Positions 1 to 9,630 of a DNA stretch of 54,448 nt are shown here, piece after piece (positions within the stretch are counted from its first letter, which is position 1; every line of letters starts with the position of its first letter). The position numbers and the translations under genes are program-made. The notes under the pieces were generated by a model. That model was given only the letters and a program-made list of their open reading frames with translations, searched no databases and was not told where the DNA came from. Source of the DNA: Deltaproteobacteria bacterium (GTDB taxonomy: Bacteria; Desulfobacterota; Desulfobacteria; Desulfobacterales; JAFDMD01). The DNA lies in the NCBI GenBank assembly GCA_019306185.1, contig JAFDMD010000001.1, positions 1 through 54,448 of the forward strand. The letters run 5' to 3'.

Positions 1-103
1 TTTGACTATAAGTAGCGCTTCCCGTATGTTCTACGTCTGCGGCAAGCGCCGAAAACGCGATAAAGAAGAAACTTAAAAAGATATAAAAGATTATTTTTTT
101 CAT
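1..103 (-). CDS. 5' end of an exported protein gene running off the window (34 codons visible)
   Basis: ATG at 103-101 preceded by AAGGAT. Translation MKKIIFYIFLSFFFIAFSALAADVEHTGSATYSQ has a basic N-terminus, a hydrophobic core and an ALA-A cleavage-like site. Confidence 0.45.
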   Translation of the reverse strand, partial: MKKIIFYIFLSFFFIAFSALAADVEHTGSATYSQ

Positions 104-258
104 TTTGTTATCCTTATTTTATATTGAAATTGCAAATTGCCTCTAATACTTTTGCATAGCTTTTTTTTCGAGTTATGCCTTAATTTTAATAAGCCTGCGT
201 TTAAAACAGGACATCTTTTAAAAATAAAAAAATGTTATGCAAAGTTCTTTTCTATGTA

Positions 259-431
259 TAGATTGAGTTCTGAAATAGATTGAGTTCTGTAATAGATTGA
301 GTTCTGTAATAGATTGAGTTCTGTAATAGATTGAGTTCTGAAATAGATTGAGTTCTGTAATAGATTGAGTTCTGTAATAGATTGAGTTCTGTAATAGATT
401 GAGTTCTGTAATAGATTGAGTTCTGTAATAG
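259..431. repeat. Perfect head-to-tail tandem array, 17-bp unit TAGATTGAGTTCTG(T/A)AA, 10 full units plus a partial
   Basis: Read directly. Units start at 259, 276, 293 ... 412. Units 1 and 5 carry GAAA and the other eight carry GTAA. No spacers between units. Confidence 0.97.
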
Positions 432-527
432 TATTATGATGCTTTTATTTTATTTATATCATTAATGTCAAGCTTTTTTAGCAATTATTCCTTAAAATGT
501 AAGGGGGAAAAGATTAAAAATTTTTTA

Positions 528-1592
528 TTAAAATGCGTATATAAGATTTACCGGCAGCGGCGAATAGCGCAATGTTCCTGGTTTGGGCAGAATATATTGG
601 CAGTCAACTTTAAGCCAGCTTACGTCATGTTTTATTTCTCTTAATTTTCCGTCTTCCGGCGGAAGCGCATGCTCGGTAAAAGCATAAGAGGCGCAAAAAA
701 TATATATTTCGTCTTTTTCCTGTGTAACAACAGAGTAATTCTTTTTAAAACTTTTTAAGGTAATTGAGTTTGCTTGAGCTATCTTTTCGGCTTCTTTATC
801 TGTAAGTTTTACTAATACTGCTTTGGAAATTCTTTTTTCGGTAAGTTTTAAAAGGGCTCTTGATTCGGAGCTTGAAACATAAACGCCGCTTATGCAAGGC
901 AGCTTGCGCAGATACTGGGCGGCTATTATGGCGGCGGTTCTTCTGCCGCCGGCGGCAGGATGCATTCCGTAATATTCAAAAAATTTTCTTTGAACAATCT
1001 CCGCATATCTATCTCCTTTTTCATAAATGTCTTGCGAGACATAACGAAGAGATTTTGCAAGCTCTTCCGCGGCGTTTACTACAGGCCAATCTATTCTTAC
1101 ATGAAAATGGGAGATATGGTATCTGCTTTTCGATCTTATACTTTTATCGCGCTGAATAAGAGTCGCGTAATCTACGGATAAAAGCTGTGTTAAAAAATTA
1201 AAAATTTTCGGAGATTCCAAATATTTGTGAGTTCTATCAAAATTATCCAAAAGGCACAGTCCGCCGGAATTTATAAGATTGCTTTTGGTGGTTTTGTTAA
1301 TATCAAAAAATTTCAAATATTTTTTAAAAGAAGAGGGTATAAAATCTTCGGTAAAGATAACCAAAAACGGATTATGCTCTTTATATTCTATACTCGGTAT
1401 TCGGACTCTTGGCTTTAGCTCTTTATACTGGACAAAAGGAAATTCGGTTTTTTGTTTTAAAAAATTTTTATAAGAATCGACAAGTCCGTATTGTAAAAGG
1501 GTTTGTTCTAAATCGTCTGTCAATAATTCGTAATAAGACCTTCTTAATCTGTTTTTTAGGCTAAGCTCTTCCCGTTCTTTCCTGTAAGGCAT
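528..1592 (-). CDS. Hypothetical protein, 354 aa, no family recognised
   Basis: Long uninterrupted ORF in an AT-rich, stop-rich background. The overlapping opposite-strand ORFs are short and low-complexity. I could not name any motif. Confidence 0.7.
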   Translation of the reverse strand: MPYRKEREELSLKNRLRRSYYELLTDDLEQTLLQYGLVDSYKNFLKQKTEFPFVQYKELKPRVRIPSIEYKEHNPFLVIFTEDFIPSSFKKYLKFFDINKTTKSNLINSGGLCLLDNFDRTHKYLESPKIFNFLTQLLSVDYATLIQRDKSIRSKSRYHISHFHVRIDWPVVNAAEELAKSLRYVSQDIYEKGDRYAEIVQRKFFEYYGMHPAAGGRRTAAIIAAQYLRKLPCISGVYVSSSESRALLKLTEKRISKAVLVKLTDKEAEKIAQANSITLKSFKKNYSVVTQEKDEIYIFCASYAFTEHALPPEDGKLREIKHDVSWLKVDCQYILPKPGTLRYSPLPVNLIYAF

Positions 1593-1664
1593 TTTTAAAA
1601 CTCCGAATCTTTATTTGAGAATTGTAAATCTATCCTTTGATATTTATTCTATATTAATAAATTA

Positions 1665-1704
1665 TGTCAATAAAGTTTTTGGAATTTAAAAAACTTTATT
1701 GACA
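1665..1704. promoter_or_regulatory. Perfect 16-bp inverted repeat (TGTCAATAAAGTTTTT / AAAAACTTTATTGACA, 8-bp spacer) giving divergent TTGACA -35 boxes
   Basis: Palindrome read directly. The + strand TTGACA at 1699-1704 faces tRNA-Met. The - strand TTGACA (1670-1665) faces the 354-aa ORF, with ATAAAT 17 nt downstream. Confidence 0.45.
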
Positions 1705-1744
1705 AAGAGTTTTGTTAGAGTTAAAAAGTCAAATTAAATTTTAG

Positions 1745-1818
1745 GGGCCCATAGCTCAGTTTGGCAGAGCCACCGGCTCATAACCGGTAGGTCCCTGGTT
1801 CGATTCCAGGTGGGCCCA
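1745..1818 (+). tRNA. tRNA with CAT anticodon (Met, or Ile2 if lysidine-modified), no encoded CCA
   Basis: Acceptor GGGCCCA/TGGGCCC, anticodon stem ACCGG/CCGGT with loop CTCATAA, T-arm CCTGG-TTCGATT-CCAGG. Confidence 0.9.
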
Positions 1819-1824
1819 TCTTTA

Positions 1825-2748
1825 TTATTCGCAGCTATTTTCAAACAATTCTTTTTTAAGCCATTTATTAATAAAATGTTTTGTTATTGTTATATCCGTA
1901 TCGGTTTCTTTTGCCAAATTTTTAATTGATGATATAATCTCTAAACATTTTTTTTCTTTTCCGATTAAAGCATAAATTTTTCCGCTTCTTTTAAGATAAG
2001 AAACAGCTTCGCGCTTTTCGCCGGTAGCGCTTTTTACTTGAGCTATTTTTTCAAGATCTTCTGCTATTCCCTTATAAAAGCCGTTTTTTTTATCAACAGT
2101 TAGCGCCGTATCAAGATATTTTAAGGCAGAATCGTATTCCTTTTTTTTTATCATTATCTCGGCAAGTAAACAGTTTGCGGCGGCATATTCGGAAGCCTCT
2201 TTTTTTGCTTTTTGCAAGGCTATATTAAGCAGTTGTTCGGCTTTGTTATGTTTATTTTTTTTTATCATAACAGCGGCTTTTATATTAAGCAGAGGAGTAA
2301 ATATTATATTATTATCTTTTGATATTTTATCCGCTTGTTTAATAGTTTTTAAGGCTTCGGCTTGTTTGCCGTTTTCTATAAGCAAAGCGGCGGTATTGGA
2401 TAATGCTTGAAGCATTCCTTCGTAATTTTTTATTTCCGAATATATTTGATAGGCTTCTTTTAAAAAAGCTTCGGCTTTTTTAAGGTTTCCGATAGCTCTG
2501 TAGCTATTGCCTATGTTGTTTAGGCTCATAGCGACTCCATTGCTTGAATCCTCTCCGGAAAAAAATTCGTTTGCTTTTATGAAGCTATTAAGGCTTCTAT
2601 TATAGCAGCCTCTGTTATACCAAGCGGCGCCTTTTTTTATCTCTTTCATTCCAGCGGAAATAGAATTTTGCTCCTCTTTTTGTTGAAAGGGAAAGCAGGA
2701 GATAAAAAAAATAGAACAAAAGAGGGTTATTAAAGATTTTTTTAACAT
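1825..2748 (-). CDS. TPR-repeat lipoprotein
   Basis: N-terminal MLKKSLITLFCSIFFISC lipobox-like signal. Repeated A-x-x-x-Y/F and AL-x-x-A helical TPR-like pattern throughout the 307 aa. Confidence 0.7.
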   Translation of the reverse strand: MLKKSLITLFCSIFFISCFPFQQKEEQNSISAGMKEIKKGAAWYNRGCYNRSLNSFIKANEFFSGEDSSNGVAMSLNNIGNSYRAIGNLKKAEAFLKEAYQIYSEIKNYEGMLQALSNTAALLIENGKQAEALKTIKQADKISKDNNIIFTPLLNIKAAVMIKKNKHNKAEQLLNIALQKAKKEASEYAAANCLLAEIMIKKKEYDSALKYLDTALTVDKKNGFYKGIAEDLEKIAQVKSATGEKREAVSYLKRSGKIYALIGKEKKCLEIISSIKNLAKETDTDITITKHFINKWLKKELFENSCE

Positions 2749-2972
2749 AATATATCAGCCCTTTCATTGAGATATAACCTTATGAAACATTTATAACTAT
2801 CATGATTTCGGTTTAATTATCATATATTTTAAGTTATGTAAAAAATATTTAAGGTTTTTTTTTTATTGAAAAGAGGGGCTTAAAAAGAGATAATAAAAAG
2901 ATTTTTTGCTTTGCTCGACAGGACAGGAAGTAATTTTTTTTACAGCGTCATTTTACAGACTTTTTTTGCCAT

Positions 2973-2996
2973 GAGCGCAGCGAGGAGAAATCTCAT
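2973..2996. repeat. Solo copy of the GGGATTTCTC-type inverted-repeat end (GAGCGCAGCGAGGAGAAATCTC), followed by the ATAAACAGAGGAAA leader module
   Basis: Near-identical strings at 11821-11846 and 29762-29792, and in reverse at 17187-17220 and 32191-32216. Confidence 0.8.
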
Positions 2997-3029
2997 AATA
3001 CAAATATAAACAGAGGAAACATAAAAAAT

Positions 3030-4700
3030 ATGAAGAGTAAACTTTATGAAATTATAACCGATTCATTTAAGCGGGCTTATGAAAAGGGTTTTTTCCCGTC
3101 TGCGCGTTTGGTAGAAATTGAGATAGAAGAGCCGAGAAAGGCGGAACATGGAGATTTTTCTACAAATGCGGCTATGAAAAGCGCGTCGTTATATAAGATG
3201 CCGCCTAAAAAGATAGCCGAAATTCTTTTAGATAGTATAAAAGATACGGAAGGGATAATAGAAAAAGCCGAAATAGCCGGTTCCGGTTTTATCAATTTTT
3301 TTATTTCAAAAAAATTTTGGTATCCGATATTAAAACAGATACATAAAAAAGGCGCGCTTTATGGATCTGCAGATATTGGAAAAGGAAAAAAGGTTCTGAT
3401 AGAGTTTGTAAGCGCAAATCCTACGGGACCTTTGCATATAGGACACGGAAGAGGGGCTGCGGTAGGAGACGTTTTTGCAAAGATTTTTTCTTTTTGCGGT
3501 TATAAAGTAAGTAAAGAGTATTATTTAAATGATGCGGGCAGACAGATAAATACTTTAGGCAGATCTGTTTTTTTAAGATATAAAGAGATATTCGACAAAA
3601 AAATAGATTTTCCTCAAGACTGCTATAAGGGCGGATATATAAAAGATATTGCAAATAAAATAAAAGAGTTAAAAAAAGATCAACTTTTAAAAGCCGAAGA
3701 AAAGGATACTATAAAGTTTTGCGCCAAATTTGCGGCGGATGTAATTTTAAAAGGAATAAAACAGGATTTAAGCGAATTCGGGGTTGAATTTGATAATTGG
3801 TTTTCGGAGCGTTCTCTTTATAAATTCGGCAAAATAGATGCCGCTATAGAAGATTTTAAAGAAAAAAAGTATATATACGAAAAAGAGGGGGCATTATGGT
3901 TTAACAGCTCTTTGTTCGGAGATGAAAAAGACAGAGTTGTGGTAAGACAAAATAAAGAGGCTACATACTTTGCATCGGATATTGCGTATCATAAAGATAA
4001 ATTTGAGCGGGGTTTTGATAAGGTTATAGACGTATGGGGGGCGGATCACCACGGATACATTCCCAGGTTAAAAGCCGCGATACAGACTTTGGGTTATAAA
4101 AAAGAGAACTTTGAAGTTATTTTAATTCAGTTTGTAAATCTTTTAAGAGACGGCATCCCTATAGCAATGTCAACCAGAGCCGGAGAATTCGTTACCTTAA
4201 AAGAGGTTATAAAAGAGGTGGGAAAAGATGCCGCAAGATTTATCTTTTTAACAAGACATCATGAAAGCCCTTTAGATTTTGATCTGGAGCTTGCAAAAAA
4301 AAGAAGCTCTGATAACCCCTTATATTATGTTCAGTATGTTTGCGCCAGAATATCAAGCATTATTTCTAAAAAACAGGAGGATAAAAAAGGCAGTTTCGGA
4401 AGCGAATACGACATTTCGGCTCTTATGCTTTTAAAAGAGCCGGAAGAAATATCTATTATAAAAAATCTTTCTTTGTTTCAAGAAACCGTAATACTTGCGG
4501 CAGCATTTGCAGAACCTCATCGAATCGTATATTATTTAATCGAACTTGCATCTTTATTTCATAATTATTACAATAAACATAAGATATTAACCGATGACGT
4601 CTTACTTGAAAAAGCAAGAATATATCTTGCCCAAGCAATAAAAACGGTAATAAAGTCCGGTTTAAACCTTTTGGGCGTCGAAGCTTTGGAGCGGATGTAA
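3030..4700 (+). CDS. argS: Arginyl-tRNA synthetase
   Basis: 556 aa with class I HIGH motif (ANPTGPLHIGHGR), ArgRS-type N-terminal add-on domain and C-terminal anticodon-binding region ending ...GVEALERM. Confidence 0.93.
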   Translation: MKSKLYEIITDSFKRAYEKGFFPSARLVEIEIEEPRKAEHGDFSTNAAMKSASLYKMPPKKIAEILLDSIKDTEGIIEKAEIAGSGFINFFISKKFWYPILKQIHKKGALYGSADIGKGKKVLIEFVSANPTGPLHIGHGRGAAVGDVFAKIFSFCGYKVSKEYYLNDAGRQINTLGRSVFLRYKEIFDKKIDFPQDCYKGGYIKDIANKIKELKKDQLLKAEEKDTIKFCAKFAADVILKGIKQDLSEFGVEFDNWFSERSLYKFGKIDAAIEDFKEKKYIYEKEGALWFNSSLFGDEKDRVVVRQNKEATYFASDIAYHKDKFERGFDKVIDVWGADHHGYIPRLKAAIQTLGYKKENFEVILIQFVNLLRDGIPIAMSTRAGEFVTLKEVIKEVGKDAARFIFLTRHHESPLDFDLELAKKRSSDNPLYYVQYVCARISSIISKKQEDKKGSFGSEYDISALMLLKEPEEISIIKNLSLFQETVILAAAFAEPHRIVYYLIELASLFHNYYNKHKILTDDVLLEKARIYLAQAIKTVIKSGLNLLGVEALERM

Positions 4701-4705
4701 CAAAA

Positions 4706-5350
4706 ATGAGACAAAGAAAAATAAATAATTTTAAAACGTTGGGTAGAAGATGGGGTTTGTATATACTTATATCTATATGGATGTTTTTACTCGGAGTTTT
4801 TGTAGGCAGAGGAATGGTTGCGGTTCAGTTTGGAAAAGAGCCGAAAACCGAGCAGACAAAAGGAATTTATCCTATAGAAGACAATTCTACAAAAAGTAGT
4901 TCCGAACAAGACGGCATAACAGAAGAATGGAAATTAGGATATTATGAATCCTTGCGAGGAGGCGCCAATTTAAGTCGTTTTGTGGAAGGAAATTTTACCT
5001 CAATAGCGCGGCTTTCCATAGATGCTAATAAAACTTACGATACAAATAAAACCGAAAAAATAAAAAATAACAAAGATAAAAAAGTCGAAGAAAAAGCGGA
5101 AGAGCAAAAAGAGGTTTTTATTGTTCAGGCAGCGGCTTTTTTAAATAAGCAGGATGCGAAAAAATTTATAGCAACATTGAAAAGTAGAGGATACGAGCCT
5201 TATGAATCTGCAGTAACCGTTCAAAATAAAGTTTGGCATAGAGTAAGAATAGGACCGTTTAAAAGTAAATCGGAAGCCGAAAACATATTAAGAAAATTAG
5301 AGAAAGAAAGAGTTAATCCTATCATTTTAAAAATAAAAGAAGGTCAGTAA
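4706..5350 (+). CDS. SPOR-domain membrane protein
   Basis: N-terminal transmembrane helix and a low-complexity K/E linker. C-terminal FIVQAAAF...KVWHRVRIGPFKSKSEAENILRKL matches the SPOR peptidoglycan-binding fold pattern. Confidence 0.8.
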   Translation: MRQRKINNFKTLGRRWGLYILISIWMFLLGVFVGRGMVAVQFGKEPKTEQTKGIYPIEDNSTKSSSEQDGITEEWKLGYYESLRGGANLSRFVEGNFTSIARLSIDANKTYDTNKTEKIKNNKDKKVEEKAEEQKEVFIVQAAAFLNKQDAKKFIATLKSRGYEPYESAVTVQNKVWHRVRIGPFKSKSEAENILRKLEKERVNPIILKIKEGQ

Positions 5351-5351
5351 A

Positions 5352-5651
5352 ATGGAAACCGAAAAAATTACAAAAGAGGAAGTTTTAAAAGTAGCCCGCC
5401 TTGCGCGCCTTGAGCTTGACGACGAGGCAATTGAAGAGATAGCGCCGCAATTAGGCGATATTTTAAAATACATGGAGACTTTGGAAAATATAGATACCAA
5501 AGGGGTTGAGCCTACTTTTCATACTATAACAAAAAAGGATATTACAAGAGAAGATATTGCAGGCATTCATCTTCCAAAAGATAAAACTTTGGCAAACGCT
5601 CCGCAAAAAGATGAAGACGCTCAAAGTTTTATTGTGCCTAAAGTTATTTGA
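5352..5651 (+). CDS. gatC: Asp/Glu-tRNA amidotransferase subunit C
   Basis: 99 aa. EVLKVARLARLELDDEAIE...LGDILKYMETL...DT.GVEPT is the typical GatC pattern. Ends in TGA. Confidence 0.9.
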   Translation: METEKITKEEVLKVARLARLELDDEAIEEIAPQLGDILKYMETLENIDTKGVEPTFHTITKKDITREDIAGIHLPKDKTLANAPQKDEDAQSFIVPKVI

Positions 5652-5710
5652 TATTTAGTTTTTACTATCTTATTTTAAAGGATTAATCTTTGTAAAAAAA
5701 GGAGAATGTA

Positions 5711-5884
5711 ATGTCTGTCCAGCCGAAAGGAGAACATATAAAAAAAGCGATAAAATGGCTATCTGCCCAAAGAGAAGAGAATAAAAATAAATCTGAGGAG
5801 GCAATACTTGAAGAGGTATCGGTTCGATTTAATTTATCTCCTAATGATACGGAATATATAAAGAAATTTGTAAAAGATAATTAA
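5711..5884 (+). CDS. Small hypothetical protein, 57 aa (below the ORF-track cutoff)
   Basis: ATG 7 nt after a strong AAGGAG. Translation MSVQPKGEHIKKAIKWLSAQREENKNKSEEAILEEVSVRFNLSPNDTEYIKKFVKDN is not low complexity. Confidence 0.45.
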   Translation: MSVQPKGEHIKKAIKWLSAQREENKNKSEEAILEEVSVRFNLSPNDTEYIKKFVKDN

Positions 5885-5940
5885 AATTTATATGCAAACA
5901 AACTTTAAACGCCTCCAAACGGAATTATAGCCGAGTGAAT

Positions 5941-6180
5941 AATAAAGAAAAAATATTAGAAAAGCTGATTAAGCGGAATGGTTTTTGGAGCTATGATACA
6001 GACCAGATATTGACGATTCCCTTTTAACTGAGCATACCCTTTTGTATGCAGACGTAGAGGATATATTTCGTTAAGAGATAGATAAAAGTATGGAAAGAAA
6101 GAATTTTGCCGGATAAACGTTTTATAAAGCTTAATCATTATTTGGGAGAGATTTTTTTATTATTTAAACCAAAGTATTAA
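5941..6180 (+). pseudogene. Possible decayed gene remnant with multiple stops and frameshifts
   Basis: Protein-like stretches NGFWSYDTDQILTIP, LLTEHTLLYADVEDIF and IKVWKERILPDKRFIKLNHYLGEIF are spread over two frames and broken by TAA/TAG codons. Confidence 0.3.
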
Positions 6181-6259
6181 GTAAATCCGGAAGATATAAA
6201 AAGACATTTCTACAATGAAATAGCGAAATGGAACAAAAAAATAGAAAAAAGAATCCGAA

Positions 6260-8068
6260 ATGCCGAAAGTAAAAAAACTTACCGAAATACTCGCTAATAA
6301 AATTGCGGCGGGAGAGGTTGTTGAAAGACCGGCTTCCGCAGTAAAAGAGCTTTGCGAAAACTCAATAGACGCAAAAAGCCGTAGAATAATAGTTGAAATA
6401 GAAAACGGAGGCAAAAACCTTGTACGAGTTTCAGATGACGGAATTGGTATGAGTAAACAGGATGCAAAGCTTGCTATAGAAAGATACGCAACCAGCAAAA
6501 TTTATAAAGAGGAAGACCTGTTTTTTATAAAAACCCTCGGCTTTAGAGGCGAAGCTTTGCCGAGTATAGCTTCGGTTTCAAAATTTACGCTAATTACTAG
6601 AGAAAAAGATAAGCCATTCGGCACAAAAATAATAATCGAAGGCAGTGTAATAAAAGATATTACCGAAACAGGAGCGCCTATAGGAACAACTATAGAGGCA
6701 AAAGATCTATTTTTTAACATACCTGCAAGACAAAAATTTTTAAAAACAACAGATACCGAAACAGGACATATAACAGATATAATCACATCCTTTGCTCTTG
6801 GTTATTACGACAAATCTTTTTTGCTTATACATAATCAAAAAGAGGTGAAAAATTTTCCATCTGCAACTATGCAGATAGAAAGAGTAAAAGATATATTAAA
6901 AATTAGAAATCAAGAGGATATTTATCAAATAAAAGCCGATAAGCCTAATATATCGGTTGAAGGCTGGACGGCGTCTCCGGATTATTACAAAACCACTTCA
7001 AAAGGAATATATCTGTTTGTAAACGGGCGTTTTATAACAGATAGAAAAATAAATTACGCTATTTTTGAGGGCTATAAAGGAAGACTTATGAAAGGAAATT
7101 TTCCTATAGCCGTAATATTTATACAAGTTCCATTTCAACAGGTTGACGTAAATGTTCACCCTGCAAAACAGGAGGTAAAGTTTTTAAATGCAAAACAGGT
7201 TTTTGCCGCGGTTTCCGAAGCGGTTAATTCTGCCTTAAAAATAGGGGAAAAAATATTAATAAAAAAGTATCAAAATATCAAAACCGATCAAACATCAGTT
7301 ATAACTCCGTCATTTGAAAAAAAAATGGAGCAAAAATATCAAGATATCCGTCAGCCCTTTTCATATACTGCAAACGATTATATTACAGAGGATGTAGATT
7401 ATGTAAGCGCTCAAAACGTATTGCGCGAGCCGCCCGCTTATTACGGAAAATTTGCCCAAAAAAATATTATGCCGGATACCGAAAAATATTCTGATATAAA
7501 AGTAATAGGGCAGTTTTTAAAAACATACATAATATGCGAAAAAGACAACGAAATAATTCTTATAGATCAGCATGCCGCCCATGAGCGGATATTATTTGAA
7601 CAATTTAAAAAAAAAGAGAAAACTTCGGCAACTGCTTCGCAACGCCTGCTTATTCCGGAAATATTGGAAACAGGTTTTACGGAATCTGAAATAATAAAAA
7701 ACTTAATACCGGATATGTTGAAAATAGGGCTTGAAATAGAGCCTTTTGGGAAAAACACATTTGCCATAAAAGCGATACCTGCATTTTTAGCAGAAAAACA
7801 GACAGCACCCATTATTATAAATATTGCCGAACAATTAATCGAAAGAGGGGGCGGAAAAGAGATAGAAAACATATTAAATTCAACCCTTATCTTAATTGCA
7901 TGTCATGGGGCGATAAAGGCAAATAAGGAGTTATCCGAAACAGAGATGAAAGCCATAGTCTTTGAACTTTTTAAATGTGAAATTCCGTTTAAATGTCCGC
8001 ATGGAAGACCGACATTAATAAAAATGACCCAAAAAGAGATAGAAAAACTTTTTAAAAGAATAAATTAG
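6260..8068 (+). CDS. mutL: DNA mismatch repair protein MutL
   Basis: GHKL ATPase N-terminus (LANKIAAGEVVERPASAVKELCENSIDA, DDGIGM, GFRGEAL) and C-terminal dimerisation domain with the DQHAAHERI motif. Confidence 0.93.
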   Translation: MPKVKKLTEILANKIAAGEVVERPASAVKELCENSIDAKSRRIIVEIENGGKNLVRVSDDGIGMSKQDAKLAIERYATSKIYKEEDLFFIKTLGFRGEALPSIASVSKFTLITREKDKPFGTKIIIEGSVIKDITETGAPIGTTIEAKDLFFNIPARQKFLKTTDTETGHITDIITSFALGYYDKSFLLIHNQKEVKNFPSATMQIERVKDILKIRNQEDIYQIKADKPNISVEGWTASPDYYKTTSKGIYLFVNGRFITDRKINYAIFEGYKGRLMKGNFPIAVIFIQVPFQQVDVNVHPAKQEVKFLNAKQVFAAVSEAVNSALKIGEKILIKKYQNIKTDQTSVITPSFEKKMEQKYQDIRQPFSYTANDYITEDVDYVSAQNVLREPPAYYGKFAQKNIMPDTEKYSDIKVIGQFLKTYIICEKDNEIILIDQHAAHERILFEQFKKKEKTSATASQRLLIPEILETGFTESEIIKNLIPDMLKIGLEIEPFGKNTFAIKAIPAFLAEKQTAPIIINIAEQLIERGGGKEIENILNSTLILIACHGAIKANKELSETEMKAIVFELFKCEIPFKCPHGRPTLIKMTQKEIEKLFKRIN

Positions 8069-8080
8069 GAGAATTAAATA

Positions 8081-9511
8081 ATGGAATTCGAACCAGTTAT
8101 AGGGCTTGAAGTGCATGCCCAATTAAAAACCGAAACAAAAATTTTCTGCTCATGTTCCGCAAAATTCGGAGCTTCGCCTAATACAAACGTATGTCCGGTA
8201 TGTTTGGGAATGCCGGGAAGCCTGCCGACGGTTAATAAAAGGGTAATAGAGTTTGCGATACTTGCGGCTTTGGCTACAAATTGTAAAATATCTTCAAAAA
8301 GCATATTTGCCAGAAAAAATTATTTTTACCCTGATCTGCCAAAAGGATACCAGATATCTCAATATGAATTGCCTATAGCCGAACATGGATACATAATAAT
8401 TACTGACGGCGATGTTTCAAAAAAAATCGGAATAACGCGAATACACATGGAAGAAGACGCCGGAAAATTAATACATTCTACAGATTCTTTTTATTCCAAA
8501 GTAGATTTAAACCGCACAGGAGTGCCGTTAATAGAAATAGTAAGCGAGCCGGACATAAGATCCGCAGAAGACGCTGGAGCATATCTGCGAAAATTTCGTT
8601 CTATACTCCGCTACCTTAATATATGCGACGGCAACATGGAGGAAGGAAGTTTTAGATGTGACGCCAACATATCAATAAGGCCAAAAGGGGTTGAAAGTTT
8701 TGGAACAAGAACAGAACTTAAAAATTTAAATTCCTTTAGATATGTTGAAAACGCAATAAATTATGAAATAGACCGTCAAATTGATATTATATCCGAAGGA
8801 AAACAGATAATTCAGGAAACAAGATTATGGGACAGCGATAAAAAAATTACAATCTCTATGAGAGGAAAAGAGGATGCTCATGATTACAGATACTTTCCGG
8901 ATCCGGATATTCTTCCCGTAATTGCCGATGATTTATGGATAGAAGAATTAAAAGCAAAACTTCCGGAACTTTGCGACGATAAAAAAGACAGATTCATATT
9001 CGAATACAAACTCAGCCAATACGACGCCGACTTTTTAACAAATGAAAAAGAAATTGCAGATTATTTTGAAGAATGCGCAAAGCTTACAAATGAACCAAAA
9101 CAGAGCGCAAACTGGATAATGGGAGAATTAACTGCTTTGTTAAATACAAAAAAAATAGGAATAACCAATTCTCCTATTTCGCCAAAACAGCTTGCAGAGT
9201 TAATAAATTTAATAACAAAAAAAGTAATTTCATCTAAAATAGCAAAACAGGTATTTGCACAGATTGCCGAAACAGGCAAGAATCCAAAACAGATAGTTGA
9301 GGAGAAAAAGCTTATTCAGGTATCAGACGAATCTGTAATAGCTGCAATAGCAAAAGAGGCTCTTTCCGAAAATTCAAAAGAGGTAAGCGATTATAAAGCG
9401 GGAAAAAAGAAACTGCTCGGTTTTTTTGTAGGACAAGTTATGAAAAAAAGCAAAGGAAAGGCTTCGCCTCATGCGGTAAATAAAATATTGACATCTATGC
9501 TTGCAGATTAA
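8081..9511 (+). CDS. gatB: Asp/Glu-tRNA amidotransferase subunit B
   Basis: 476 aa. Starts [15 protein letters not shown], has the cysteine cluster CSC...CPVCLGMPG and a C-terminal YqeY-like tail. Confidence 0.93.
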   Translation: MEFEPVIGLEVHAQLKTETKIFCSCSAKFGASPNTNVCPVCLGMPGSLPTVNKRVIEFAILAALATNCKISSKSIFARKNYFYPDLPKGYQISQYELPIAEHGYIIITDGDVSKKIGITRIHMEEDAGKLIHSTDSFYSKVDLNRTGVPLIEIVSEPDIRSAEDAGAYLRKFRSILRYLNICDGNMEEGSFRCDANISIRPKGVESFGTRTELKNLNSFRYVENAINYEIDRQIDIISEGKQIIQETRLWDSDKKITISMRGKEDAHDYRYFPDPDILPVIADDLWIEELKAKLPELCDDKKDRFIFEYKLSQYDADFLTNEKEIADYFEECAKLTNEPKQSANWIMGELTALLNTKKIGITNSPISPKQLAELINLITKKVISSKIAKQVFAQIAETGKNPKQIVEEKKLIQVSDESVIAAIAKEALSENSKEVSDYKAGKKKLLGFFVGQVMKKSKGKASPHAVNKILTSMLAD

Positions 9512-9561
9512 CGGGAGAACGGAATAATAAAGGAGCTATCCAAAGTTTTTTGTAAGAAGAC

Positions 9562-9590
9562 GTTAGAGACGTTGAATGCAATATCTCTAC
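9562..9590. repeat. Degenerate GTAG-type REP-like hairpin (GTTAGAGACGTTGAATGCAATATCTCTAC) followed by TTTG..TTTGTAT tail
   Basis: Same family as 48746-48774. Arms TAGAGA/TCTCTA pair. Confidence 0.6.
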
Positions 9591-9630
9591 TTTGCAACTT
9601 TGTATTTTAATTATAAACAGAGGAATAACA

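Noticed and set aside
104-258. Sigma54 promoter (GGCAATTTGCA) upstream of the partial exported-protein gene
   Set aside because: The GG and GC elements are 6 nt apart rather than the required 10, so the site does not fit the -24/-12 geometry.
259-431. Could the 17-bp array be a CRISPR array?
   Set aside because: The units abut directly with no spacers, the unit is too short, and no cas genes or leader are present.
2749-3029. T-box leaders upstream of argS, hisS or aspS
   Set aside because: I found no conserved T-box sequence (GGTGGTACCGCG-like) or specifier-loop architecture. These spacers are instead filled by the dispersed repeat modules.
6160-6498. 112-aa minus ORF overlapping the mutL start, and the 142-aa minus ORF 27340-27768 overlapping the lon start
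   Set aside because: These are shadow frames of highly conserved N-terminal domains on the + strand.
9592-9630. N-terminal extension of panB from the track ORF start
   Set aside because: The extension (MQLCILIINRGIT) overlaps the REP tail and leader module and has no RBS. The ATG at 9631 follows AGAGGA and matches the usual KPHMT N-terminus.
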